Assembly (NCBI GenBank): GCA_964523465.1
Contig: CAZFZW010000001.1
Span: 1-44,670, forward strand
DNA length: 44,670 bases
Origin: an uncultured Clostridium sp.
GTDB taxonomy: Bacteria > Bacillota > Clostridia > Oscillospirales > Acutalibacteraceae
Direction of reading: 5' to 3'
Of this stretch, positions 1 to 8,710 are shown one piece after another. The position numbers and the translations under genes are program-made. Numbering within the stretch: position 1 is the first letter of the stretch; each line of letters opens with the position of its first letter. The notes under the pieces are model-generated. The model made no database searches and had not been told where the DNA came from. It saw only the letters and a program-made list of their open reading frames with translations.

Positions 1-592
1 CGCCGGGAATCTGTCCCTCGGTTATCGCACCGCCCTCGTCGAGTACGGTGTCAAATCGGATGCCGTTTTCCTTGAAGTATTCGGTGGCAAGCACCATACC
101 GTCGCCGCAGACCTCCTCGTTGTTCGATGAACCTATGTAGAGGTTGATGCCCTCAAAATCATAGCCTTCTGCAAGCAGCTCCTCGCAGGCCATCAGCTCT
201 GCAAAGAGGGGAGTCTTGGTGTCGATTGTCCCTCTGCCGTAGAGATAGCCGTCCTTTTCGGTGGCATTAAACGGCTCGGTCTCCCACTCGTCGTCTCCAT
301 CCACAACATCGTGGTGAGACATGAGCATAACATTCTTCTTGGCGTTCTTGCCTTTTATGATATATACAAAGCATCCGCCACCGAATGTGAGCTTTTCGGC
401 TCTTGCCATGATGTTCGGGAAGGACTTTGCAAGTACATCGTAGAACTTGTCATACTCGCTCTTGTTAGTGTCCTCGGGAGTCCAGACTGTTTTGCAGTTT
501 ACCATATCGGAGAGGATTTTTACATATTCTGCATTTCTCTCCGAAGATACCGTGCGGCGATCAGCCTCGGTTTTTAAATCTGTTTTTTTCAT
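1..592 (-). CDS. M20/M25/M40 family metallopeptidase/amidohydrolase (carboxypeptidase S-like), 3' end runs off the window
   Basis: Manual translation from ATG at 592 (TAATG overlap with the MFS stop): MKKTDLKTEADRR...MSHHDVV...WETEPF...LYGRGTIDTK...NNEEVCG...VLDEGG, the M20 metal-binding motifs. Not in the supplied ORF track. Confidence 0.9.
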   Translation of the reverse strand, partial: MKKTDLKTEADRRTVSSERNAEYVKILSDMVNCKTVWTPEDTNKSEYDKFYDVLAKSFPNIMARAEKLTFGGGCFVYIIKGKNAKKNVMLMSHHDVVDGDDEWETEPFNATEKDGYLYGRGTIDTKTPLFAELMACEELLAEGYDFEGINLYIGSSNNEEVCGDGMVLATEYFKENGIRFDTVLDEGGAITEGQIPG

Positions 593-1986
593 TAGTCATT
601 GTTTCCCTTCGTGTGCTCTTCGATAAATGTTGTGACATTCTTTTCATTGTACAGCATGAAGCAGATGAGCGAAATAAGGCTGAATACACCTGCGAAAACG
701 CCGGTCAGCTTAACGCCGAGCATACCGACAGCCTCATCGCCGGTCTTGCCGATTGCAAGCACGCTTGAGACAACGACCATTGCAAGTGAATAAGCGATCT
801 TCTCAATGAAAGTCTTGGTTGCGGAGAAGAAGCCCTCACGATTGACGCCGTTTTCGATGCTGTCCTTCTGAATAATGTCGGACATAACGGACTGCGGCAG
901 AATGTTGATAGCGGCAAACGGGAACGAGACGATGATGCCCATTCCGAGACCGAGCAGAAGCTCATGGCCCTTGACGAGAGCTGCAATCTTGTCGCCGAAG
1001 AAGATGAAAGCGAACACAACGGTGAAGATAACGCTTGCTATAACGAGCATACTCTTCTTGCCGTATTTCTTGCTCATGTTGACTATCATCGGGAACAGGC
1101 ACAGTGCCACGACTATAGCTGCAAGCATAACGAGGAACGACTGCTCCTCGGGAACATTCAACAGCATTGTGATGTAATAGAGCATAGCGGTCTGGAAGAA
1201 TGCCATGGAAATGTAGCTGAACAGGTCACCTGCGAAGAATGTGACGAAAGTCTTGTTCTTGAAAATGGTCTTAGCCGAAGCGAGAAGTGACTGTCTGGGC
1301 TTAACATTGCTCACAACATAGTCCTTCTCTTTGAATGCGGTTGCACCGAGCAGTACGCACACAAGACCGATAGCGGCAAAGACAGTAAAGACGATTCTCC
1401 AGGACCACAGTGCATTAAATCCGAGCTTCTTTACAAGGCTTACAAAGAGTGTTGCGGCATACATAAATGAGCTTGAGCCCATGAAGAAAGCGGTGCTGAT
1501 AGCATAGTAGCCGACTCTGTCCTTGGCATCGGGAATGACCTCGGGTATGAGGGCATTTCTCGGAATGAAGAAGAAAGTGTAGGCGGTGTAGTAAATAACG
1601 AGGAACACGCCAACCCAAATTGCGTTGAGCACGGAACCGTTCTCAAACGGTGCCATGAATATCATCAGTACGCTCACTGCGTAGGGGACAGCCGAATACT
1701 TGAGGAACGGCATTCTGCGTCCGTCCTTGTGGGTGCATTTGTCGGAAAGGCTTGCGACCCACGGATCGGTGATGGCGTCAATAACCTTGCCGAGACCTGT
1801 AAGAAGTGCCATAACGGTGAGGAAGCCGAGAATCTTGTTCTGCGGCAGCAGGTTCGGGATACCGCTCTTGGCGGTCGGCTGGAAGAAATAGAGCAGATAG
1901 TTACCTATCATTCCGTTAAACAGACCTTTCGCGACATCGGAAAGACAGTAACGGATCATTTTGCCTTTTGAAAGCTTCTTTGTCAT
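592..1986 (-). CDS. MFS transporter, GPH (MelB-like sugar:cation symporter) family
   Basis: 464 aa, about 12 hydrophobic segments, DAITDP...SD...GRRMPF and NREGFF motifs. Confidence 0.9.
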   Translation of the reverse strand: MTKKLSKGKMIRYCLSDVAKGLFNGMIGNYLLYFFQPTAKSGIPNLLPQNKILGFLTVMALLTGLGKVIDAITDPWVASLSDKCTHKDGRRMPFLKYSAVPYAVSVLMIFMAPFENGSVLNAIWVGVFLVIYYTAYTFFFIPRNALIPEVIPDAKDRVGYYAISTAFFMGSSSFMYAATLFVSLVKKLGFNALWSWRIVFTVFAAIGLVCVLLGATAFKEKDYVVSNVKPRQSLLASAKTIFKNKTFVTFFAGDLFSYISMAFFQTAMLYYITMLLNVPEEQSFLVMLAAIVVALCLFPMIVNMSKKYGKKSMLVIASVIFTVVFAFIFFGDKIAALVKGHELLLGLGMGIIVSFPFAAINILPQSVMSDIIQKDSIENGVNREGFFSATKTFIEKIAYSLAMVVVSSVLAIGKTGDEAVGMLGVKLTGVFAGVFSLISLICFMLYNEKNVTTFIEEHTKGNND

Positions 1987-2274
1987 GTTATCATCCTTTG
2001 TTGTTTTTTGTCGAACTTAGCAGTTGTACAATATATAAGTATATATGTTCTTGGGGTATAAAAGCAAGAGATAAAAAGTTATTCGTATATTTATACAAAT
2101 TCGCCTACCGCTAACTGTGGATTTTTCATAAAAGATTAGGGGCTTTTTATTCCAATAGTGATTCCCATGACTGATTTATCCTGCCGATAGCTCTGGGAAA
2201 ATCCGCTTGATATAAAGGCATAAGGGAAATAAATATCTTTTTTTGTCGTTTTTTTCACCGTTTCTGCAAGAAAT

Positions 2275-2303
2275 GAGACAGAATTGATTTTTTAGTGTAT
2301 CAT
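2275..2303 (+). promoter_or_regulatory. Putative sigma-A promoter for the structured intergenic RNA
   Basis: GAGACA-17 nt-TATCAT; imperfect matches to TTGACA/TATAAT. Confidence 0.4.
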
Positions 2304-2309
2304 TGTTTT

Positions 2310-2572
2310 TGCAATCAAGTGAGGATAAAAACAAAAAACTCACTGCCCGATTTTGAAATCTACCTCCTATCTTCCTATATACGCTCACGGCAGGGGCGTG
2401 TCTCCTGCCGATGAGCACTCCTCAAAACGACACCTTGACACCTACTTGTTTCATCTTTTTGCCGTACTCATGGGCGGATCCCCTCCCGCCTGTGAGTACC
2501 CCTCTTTAAAATTTAAAGTCTCAGCCGCCGACGGAGAATCGTGCGTAATAACTCCGTCGGCGTTATTTTTTT
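2310..2572 (+). ncRNA. Candidate structured small RNA or leader RNA, family not recognised
   Basis: Hairpins at 2318-2344, 2383-2416 and 2464-2499, CU-rich linkers, intrinsic terminator at 2526-2572, no credible ORF. Confidence 0.5.
2526..2572 (+). terminator. Rho-independent terminator
   Basis: 11-bp stem CGCCGACGGAG/CTCCGTCGGCG followed by TTATTTTTTT. Confidence 0.85.
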
Positions 2573-2648
2573 AGTCGAAAACCGTGAAAGGGAAATACCT
2601 CTCCGAAACGGTTTGTAATAAATCAAACACACAAGGAACGAAAGAACG

Positions 2649-2945
2649 ATGAGAAAGGATTATAAAAGCTTTATCCCGGACATGGAGAACAGGTATATGC
2701 TCGAATGTCGCTACAAAAAACTCGCAGATGACTGCACGACGCTTGCGGACAGCGGCAACACGATAAACCCTATCTGCGGATTCATTTATGCCGAAAATGA
2801 GAATGTGGCTGTCGAATATGCAAAGGACTTTATTTTGAAATATTCGGGCGATAATCTTCTGCTTGACGACGGCAGTATACTGCTGCTCGAAAACGGCGAA
2901 CCTGCCGACCTTTATTATGATTTTTCCGCGATCGCAGTTGAATGA
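2649..2945 (+). CDS. Hypothetical acidic protein (98 aa)
   Basis: ATG with AAGGA upstream; fills the gap before the feo promoter; no family recognised. Confidence 0.65.
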   Translation: MRKDYKSFIPDMENRYMLECRYKKLADDCTTLADSGNTINPICGFIYAENENVAVEYAKDFILKYSGDNLLLDDGSILLLENGEPADLYYDFSAIAVE

Positions 2946-2964
2946 TATAATCCGTGCGCTTTCC

Positions 2965-2993
2965 TTGACAATGCCCTCTGAGTGGTGTAAAAT
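2965..2993 (+). promoter_or_regulatory. Sigma-A promoter of feo operon
   Basis: TTGACA-17 nt-TAAAAT. Confidence 0.85.
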
Positions 2994-2997
2994 TTTA

Positions 2998-3013
2998 GTT
3001 GCACAAAGCTAAC
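2998..3013. promoter_or_regulatory. Putative DtxR/MntR-family metal-regulator operator (imperfect)
   Basis: GTTGCA-CAAA-GCTAAC over the predicted +1; resembles the perfect copies at 30521 and 30645. Confidence 0.55.
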
Positions 3014-3034
3014 TTAGACCCTTAGGAGGAAGTT

Positions 3035-3271
3035 ATGACTCTTGATGAGATGAAGATAGGCCAGAGCGCATATATAACCGCCGTCGGCGGAGAGGGCGCG
3101 CTGCGTTGCAGACTGCTTGATATGGGACTCATTCCACGCACCCGTGTGACTTTGCAAAAGGTGGCACCGATGGGCGACCCGATAGAGATAATGGTCAGAG
3201 GATATGAGCTGACACTCAGAATTGAGGATGCAAAGAAAATCGAGGTAACGACGGAGGGCGGTCAAAAATGA
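3035..3271 (+). CDS. feoA: Ferrous iron transport protein A
   Basis: RLLDMGL, APMGDPIEI, RGYELTLR motifs; AGGAGG RBS. Confidence 0.97.
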   Translation: MTLDEMKIGQSAYITAVGGEGALRCRLLDMGLIPRTRVTLQKVAPMGDPIEIMVRGYELTLRIEDAKKIEVTTEGGQK

Positions 3272-5277
3272 TTTTTGCACTCGCAGGCAATCAGAATTGC
3301 GGCAAAACCACGCTTTTTAACGCACTGACAGGCTCAAATCAGCATGTTGGCAACTTTCCCGGTGTTACGGTCGATCAGAAAATGGGCGTAATAAAAGGAG
3401 CTAAAGACTGCTCCGTTGTCGATTTGCCGGGAATATATTCCCTGCGCCCGTATACGCAGGAGGAAATAGTCTCAAGAGACTTTATTCTCAATCAAAAGCC
3501 CGACGGAATAATAAATATAGTCGATGCGACAAATATAGAACGAAATCTTTATCTTACCCTCCAACTGCTTGAGCTGCGTGTGCCAATGGTGCTTGCACTC
3601 AATATGATGGATGAGGTTCACTCAAACGGCGGCACGGTGGATGTGCAGAAGATGAGCGAGGCTCTCGGTATCCCTGTTGTGCCGATAAGTGCGGCAAAGG
3701 GAGAAGGCGTGTCGGAGCTTATCGACCGTGCTATAGAGGTTGCGAGGAGCAAGACACTGCCCAAGGTGTGGGATTTTTGCTCGGACGGCTCTCCCGTTCA
3801 TCGCTGCATACACGCAATCGTTCACCTTATAGAGGATCATACCTCACGCCACGGTCTGCCGTGCAGATTCTGCACGATGAAGCTCATTGAGGGCGATGAG
3901 GCTATGGCAGACAGACTCGAGCTTGACAGCAACGAGCGTGAGCTGCTCGACCACTGCATAGTCGAGATGGAGAGCGACACGGGTCTCGACCGCAATGCGG
4001 CATTGGCCGAGATGCGATATGAGTTTATCGAAAAAGTGGTTGACTCATCCGTGGTCAAATGCCACGAGAGCAAAGAGCACCGCCGGAGTATGATGCTCGA
4101 CAAGGTACTCACCGGCAAATATACCGCAATTCCCGTGTTTATCGGCGTTATGTGCCTTGTGTTCTGGCTGACATTCAATGTCATCGGCTCGGGACTGTCA
4201 GACCTTTTGATGCTCGGCATAGATAAGCTCACAGCTCTTGTCGATTCGGGGCTCACCGCTTACGGGATAAATCCTGTTATACATAGCCTGATAATAGACG
4301 GCATTTTTGCAGGCGTCGGCAGTGTGCTGTCGTTCCTGCCGATAATCGTTACACTCTTTTTCTTCCTGTCCATCCTCGAAGATACGGGTTATATGGCTCG
4401 AATCGCCTTTGTTATGGACAGACCTTTGAGAAAGATAGGTCTCTCCGGCAGGAGCTTTGTGCCCATGCTTATCGGCTTCGGTTGCTCCGTTCCCGCCATA
4501 ATGGCAACCCGCACGGTCTCGTCCGACCGTGACCGCAAGATGACGATAATGCTCACTCCTTATATGAGCTGTTCGGCAAAGATACCGATATATTCGGTTT
4601 TTGCTGCGGCGTTTTTCCCGGGCAGGGGAGCGCTGGTGATGATTTGCCTTTATTTCTCGGGTATCGTCCTCGCCATATTGCTCGCTTTGATTCTCAAGAA
4701 TACCGCATTCAGAGGTCATCCGGTACCGTTTGTTATGGAACTGCCAAATTACCGTATGCCGTCCCCAAAGAGCGTGGCACTCCTGCTCTGGGACAAGGCA
4801 AAGGACTTCCTTCAGCGTGCGTTTACGGTCATTTTCGTCGCAACGATAATAATCTGGTTCCTGCAAAGTTTTGATACACGCATAAATCCCGTTGAGGACA
4901 GTGCGGACAGTATGCTTGCCGCAATCGGCAGATTTATCGCACCGATATTCAAACCCCTCGGCTTCGGTGACTGGCGTATAGCCACGGCGCTCATTTCGGG
5001 CTTCAGCGCAAAGGAAGCCGTTGTTTCGACTATGGCGGTGTTGCTTAATACGAGCGTATCAAAGCTCACGGCGGCACTTTCGGGAATGTTTACTCCGCTC
5101 ACTGCGGTGAGCTTTTTGGCGTTCACACTGCTCTATACTCCCTGTGTCGCAGCCGTTGCGACTATTAAAAGAGAGATGAATTCCACCCTTGCGACTATCG
5201 GCATCGTCATTCTCCAGTGCGTTGTCGCATGGCTTGTGGCGTTCGGAATTTACAGCGTGGGGAGCCTTTTGATATGA
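3268..5277 (+). CDS. feoB: Ferrous iron transport protein B
   Basis: G1 GNQNCGKT, VGNFPGVT, DLPG, NMMD; membrane domain with GFGCSVPA and PFVMELP. Confidence 0.98.
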   Translation: MIFALAGNQNCGKTTLFNALTGSNQHVGNFPGVTVDQKMGVIKGAKDCSVVDLPGIYSLRPYTQEEIVSRDFILNQKPDGIINIVDATNIERNLYLTLQLLELRVPMVLALNMMDEVHSNGGTVDVQKMSEALGIPVVPISAAKGEGVSELIDRAIEVARSKTLPKVWDFCSDGSPVHRCIHAIVHLIEDHTSRHGLPCRFCTMKLIEGDEAMADRLELDSNERELLDHCIVEMESDTGLDRNAALAEMRYEFIEKVVDSSVVKCHESKEHRRSMMLDKVLTGKYTAIPVFIGVMCLVFWLTFNVIGSGLSDLLMLGIDKLTALVDSGLTAYGINPVIHSLIIDGIFAGVGSVLSFLPIIVTLFFFLSILEDTGYMARIAFVMDRPLRKIGLSGRSFVPMLIGFGCSVPAIMATRTVSSDRDRKMTIMLTPYMSCSAKIPIYSVFAAAFFPGRGALVMICLYFSGIVLAILLALILKNTAFRGHPVPFVMELPNYRMPSPKSVALLLWDKAKDFLQRAFTVIFVATIIIWFLQSFDTRINPVEDSADSMLAAIGRFIAPIFKPLGFGDWRIATALISGFSAKEAVVSTMAVLLNTSVSKLTAALSGMFTPLTAVSFLAFTLLYTPCVAAVATIKREMNSTLATIGIVILQCVVAWLVAFGIYSVGSLLI

Positions 5278-5432
5278 ATGTAGCCGATGGTGTCATACTT
5301 GCTGTGATTGCCGTGCTTGTGTTTTTTGCGGTGCGGTCGATTCGCAGGCAGAAGAAAGGCGGCTGTGCCGGCTGTTCGGGCTGCTGCTCGAGCTGTACGG
5401 CTCAGTGCGAGAGCAGAGAAAATAAAAAATGA
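5274..5432 (+). CDS. FeoB-associated Cys-rich membrane protein (52 aa)
   Basis: ATGA overlap with feoB stop; one TM helix then KKGGCAGCSGCCSSC. Confidence 0.9.
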   Translation: MNVADGVILAVIAVLVFFAVRSIRRQKKGGCAGCSGCCSSCTAQCESRENKK

Positions 5433-5464
5433 TTCGGAAAATCCGAATTTAATTGAAAAAAAGC

Positions 5465-5493
5465 TTGCAATAAGCTTTTGTATATGTTAAAAT
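5465..5493 (+). promoter_or_regulatory. Sigma-A promoter of rplS
   Basis: TTGCAA-17 nt-TAAAAT with extended -10 TG. Confidence 0.8.
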
Positions 5494-5553
5494 ATCTAAG
5501 CATTTGTTATCCGTCACAGCTTCGATGACGGGGTTTAATGCCAAAACATTAAA

Positions 5554-5593
5554 GCGGACGCTCCTCTTTCACTTAGCTTGTTACGAACGTCTG
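5554..5593 (+). ncRNA. L19 ribosomal protein leader (cis-regulatory)
   Basis: GACGCTCCTC...GAACGTC stem directly upstream of the rplS RBS, as in the Firmicutes L19 leader. Confidence 0.7.
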
Positions 5594-5615
5594 GAAATCA
5601 ACGGAGGAATAAAAA

Positions 5616-5966
5616 ATGGACGCACTCAAAGTAATTGCACAGGATTCGCTCAAGACCGGCGATGACATCCCCCAGATCAATATCGGTGATACTGTTAAGG
5701 TTTCCGTTAAGATTCGTGAGGGCGAGAGAGAAAGAATTCAGGTTTTCGAAGGCACTGTTATAGCTCGCAAGGGTTCGGGCGTTTCCGAGACCTTCACTGT
5801 TCGTAGAGTTTCCTACGGCGTCGGTGTCGAGAGAGTTTTCCCGGTTCATTCACCCAATGTTGCCAAGGTTGAGCTCGTCAGAGGCGGTAAGGTTCGCAGA
5901 AGCAAGCTGTATTACCTCAGAGACAGAGTTGGTAAGGCTGCAAGAGTTAAGAGCCAGGTTAAGTAA
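5616..5966 (+). CDS. rplS: 50S ribosomal protein L19
   Basis: [34 protein letters not shown]. Confidence 0.99.
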   Translation: MDALKVIAQDSLKTGDDIPQINIGDTVKVSVKIREGERERIQVFEGTVIARKGSGVSETFTVRRVSYGVGVERVFPVHSPNVAKVELVRGGKVRRSKLYYLRDRVGKAARVKSQVK

Positions 5967-5986
5967 TTGTGTAATTGAAATGAACG

Positions 5987-6018
5987 AGGGTGTAACATTT
6001 ATTTGTTACACCTTTTTT
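5987..6018 (+). terminator. Terminator after rplS
   Basis: GGTGTAACA/TGTTACACC stem plus T tract. Confidence 0.8.
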
Positions 6019-6041
6019 CACAGGTGGGGTATTGTTTCCTG

Positions 6042-6656
6042 ATGCGTAGGGTAGAAGAGTATTGGTTCAAATTTGAATATTTGAATGTGGCGAAAGCTCC
6101 GACTACCGTATCGGAGATACAGGAACCTGCGCCGAAAAGGTGGATACCGCTTTACGATGCGGTGGCGAGCCTTGCAACGGCGGTGACATTGCTCGTGCTT
6201 GTGTTTTCGCTTGTGTTCAGGCCTGCCGCAGTAGTCGGAAATTCCATGCTCAACACCTTTGCAAACGGTGATAAGGTGGGCTGCGTGCATAGCTTTGGCG
6301 GCTATGAGTACGGCGATGTTGTTATAATCTCCCATGCAACAAAGTACGGTGAGCCGGTGATAAAGCGTGTCATAGCATTCGGCGGAGACAGCGTTGACAT
6401 TGACTTTTATTCTGGCACTGTCTATGTCAACGGCGAAAAGCTCGATGAGCCGTATGTTACCGCTCCGACTTATATCAGCTATGATGTCGCATTTCCGCTT
6501 GTCGTGCCCGAGGGACGGCTTTTTGTCCTTGGTGACAACAGAAACGATTCGATAGATTCACGCTCCACCGAGATAGGACTTGTGGATGAAAACGATGTCC
6601 TCGGCAAGGTGGTTTTCAGATTTTATCCGATAAATAAAATCGGCATAATTAAATGA
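6042..6656 (+). CDS. lepB: Signal peptidase I (copy 1; start uncertain)
   Basis: TM helix, GNSM (catalytic Ser), IKRV (Lys), GDNRNDSIDSR. Confidence 0.93.
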   Translation: MRRVEEYWFKFEYLNVAKAPTTVSEIQEPAPKRWIPLYDAVASLATAVTLLVLVFSLVFRPAAVVGNSMLNTFANGDKVGCVHSFGGYEYGDVVIISHATKYGEPVIKRVIAFGGDSVDIDFYSGTVYVNGEKLDEPYVTAPTYISYDVAFPLVVPEGRLFVLGDNRNDSIDSRSTEIGLVDENDVLGKVVFRFYPINKIGIIK

Positions 6657-6671
6657 TGATAGAAGGCGAAT

Positions 6672-7271
6672 GTGATGCAGGAAAATATTGAGCTTAAAAA
6701 TGGCAGCGAACAGAAAAAGCCGAAGAACAGCAAGCTTGTCGGCAATATTTACGACCTCGTGTCCGTTGTAGTGTCGGCGGTCGCCGTTATAGCGATTGTG
6801 TTCACATTTGTCACACGAGTGTTGGTCGTCTCTGGCAACTCAATGCGCCCGACACTGCAAGACGGCGATACGGTTGCGATAAACGCATTCAAGCACAGCG
6901 ACTATGAGTATGGCGACATAGTGATAGTTGCCCAGCCCAATGAGATGAACAAAGTGCTCATTAAGCGTGTCATAGCAACAGAGGGTCAGACGGTCAATAT
7001 CGATTTTACGCAGGGCGTTGTCTATGTTGACGGAGAGGCACTTGAGGAGAAATATACTCTTGAGCCGACATTTGCCACGGGCAATATAACTTTTCCGACT
7101 ACCGTCCCCGAGGGTTGCCTGTTCGTTATGGGTGATAACCGCAACGATTCAATGGATTCCCGCTTTTCGCAGGTCGGCTTTATCGATGAACGCTATATCA
7201 TGGGCAAGGTCGCAGGCAGAGTAATGCCGTTTGATTGGGATGTATATAAAAACTTCAACCTGAATAAATAA
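6672..7271 (+). CDS. lepB: Signal peptidase I (copy 2)
   Basis: GNSMRPTL, IKRV, GDNRNDSMDSR. Confidence 0.95.
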   Translation: MMQENIELKNGSEQKKPKNSKLVGNIYDLVSVVVSAVAVIAIVFTFVTRVLVVSGNSMRPTLQDGDTVAINAFKHSDYEYGDIVIVAQPNEMNKVLIKRVIATEGQTVNIDFTQGVVYVDGEALEEKYTLEPTFATGNITFPTTVPEGCLFVMGDNRNDSMDSRFSQVGFIDERYIMGKVAGRVMPFDWDVYKNFNLNK

Positions 7272-7290
7272 GAAACATTCTGTATATTAC

Positions 7291-7372
7291 AACAGTCCCG
7301 TGCAGTTTCGCACAGGACTGTTTTGCCTTTTATATGAATTTTTCACCCCGAGCCGTGAGCGGTTCGGGGTGA
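7291..7372. terminator. Pair of terminators between convergent lepB and M28 peptidase genes
   Basis: AACAGTCC..GGACTGTTTT (plus strand) and TTCACCCCGAGCC..GGTTCGGGGTGAA hairpins. Confidence 0.75.
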
Positions 7373-7392
7373 AGTGAGTTTATTTGTTTTTA

Positions 7393-8634
7393 TTACTGCT
7401 TTGCACCGTCGTCGAACATTTCGAGAGCCTTTACGCTCACGGCGTAGCAGTCTGCAAGACCCTGCTCGTTCAAGTTGTCATAGGTGTCTCTTCTGGTGTG
7501 GTAGTAGTCCTCAAGTTTATGGTTGAGCCCCGTGATACCCGTTGCTCGGAAGCCTGCCTGAGCAAATGCGGCTGAATCTGTTGCTCCGCCGAGAGGGGGA
7601 ACCCAGCCTTTCTTGCAGGATATGTCAAGCTCCTTTGCCGCTTCCATAAACAGGTCTGAAACATCCTTGTCGGTTTTTACCATGCCGTTTAAGTCACGGT
7701 AGTTTGCCATGAGATATTTCGGGTCGTGTATGGTGTCATAGGAGAAGATGAAGGTCGGAACATCGCCGAACTCACCCTTGTGAGCCTCGCACCATGCCTT
7801 TGAACCTCTGAGACCTGCCTCCTCCGAGCCGGAAATAATGACACCGACCTCAGTGTTCTCGAGCTCAATGCCCTCATCTCTGAGTGCTTTGAGTATTGCA
7901 ATGCCCATGTAGCAGCCGGTGAGATTGTCGTTTGCACCGTCAACGATGCTGTTCTCGTTCCACATCCAGTAGAGTCCTATCTGGAATGGCACAAAGACAA
8001 GACCGATAAGACGCAGCTTGCCCAGCAGGAGTGATGCGTCAAACGGCACATAGCTCAGCCCGTTTTCACGAATGAGCAGAATCGAAAGAACAAGATAGTA
8101 TATAGCGCCGAGCACGCAGATGACAGCGTGAGCCTCGAAACCTACGCCGCCGAGCTTGTAGTTGACGGGCCATTCCCAACAGGCATCGGGGTGTCCGTTG
8201 AAGAATATTCTGCGCTTGACTTCGCCTGTGCAGTGTTTTATTGCTGTGACATTGTGACCTGTTTTTTCGGGGAAAAAGCGGTCAACGACTTTCTTGTAGA
8301 AGCCGAACTGGAAAACGAGAATTGCAAGTCCGGCAACTATGAGTATTGCCGAGACGAGGGGATAGAAGAACGAAATAGCGACGGCTGCCAAAACGAAGCT
8401 TATGGTAAAGTATATCCAGCCGAAGAAAGAACCCGGATTCTCTTTGAAGCTCTCGATTTGAACGTTCTCACAGCCGCAGTCGTTTTTGAGCACATCAGCC
8501 ATGTGCTCGCACGCCTGCAATTCACCTTTTGAGCCGGGGTCACGCTTTTCAAAATCTTTGCATATGTGAGTTATTTCGCTCACCATATACTTTGCCGCAT
8601 CGTTTTTCTTGTCAATGAGTGACCGAAGATTCAT
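7393..8634 (-). CDS. M28 family metallopeptidase with inserted transmembrane helices
   Basis: HPD, GANDNLTG, SEEAGLRGS, TDS, YHTRRD motifs; about 4 TM segments; start moved to ATG 8634 behind AGGAGG. Confidence 0.9.
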   Translation of the reverse strand: MNLRSLIDKKNDAAKYMVSEITHICKDFEKRDPGSKGELQACEHMADVLKNDCGCENVQIESFKENPGSFFGWIYFTISFVLAAVAISFFYPLVSAILIVAGLAILVFQFGFYKKVVDRFFPEKTGHNVTAIKHCTGEVKRRIFFNGHPDACWEWPVNYKLGGVGFEAHAVICVLGAIYYLVLSILLIRENGLSYVPFDASLLLGKLRLIGLVFVPFQIGLYWMWNENSIVDGANDNLTGCYMGIAILKALRDEGIELENTEVGVIISGSEEAGLRGSKAWCEAHKGEFGDVPTFIFSYDTIHDPKYLMANYRDLNGMVKTDKDVSDLFMEAAKELDISCKKGWVPPLGGATDSAAFAQAGFRATGITGLNHKLEDYYHTRRDTYDNLNEQGLADCYAVSVKALEMFDDGAKQ

Positions 8635-8710
8635 TGTTATAGCCTCCTTTAATAAATAACAGCCGTCGGACAACGATTTTCACCTTGCCGACAGCTGTTT
8701 AACTTTTTCT

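Noticed and set aside
2176-2574. Short ORFs 2176-2418 (-) and 2353-2574 (+)
   Set aside because: No convincing RBS/start pairing; they run through hairpins and poly-T tracts, so RNA structure explains the region better
6042-7271. Tandem lepB duplication as a novelty
   Set aside because: lepB after rplS, including multiple copies, is common in Clostridia
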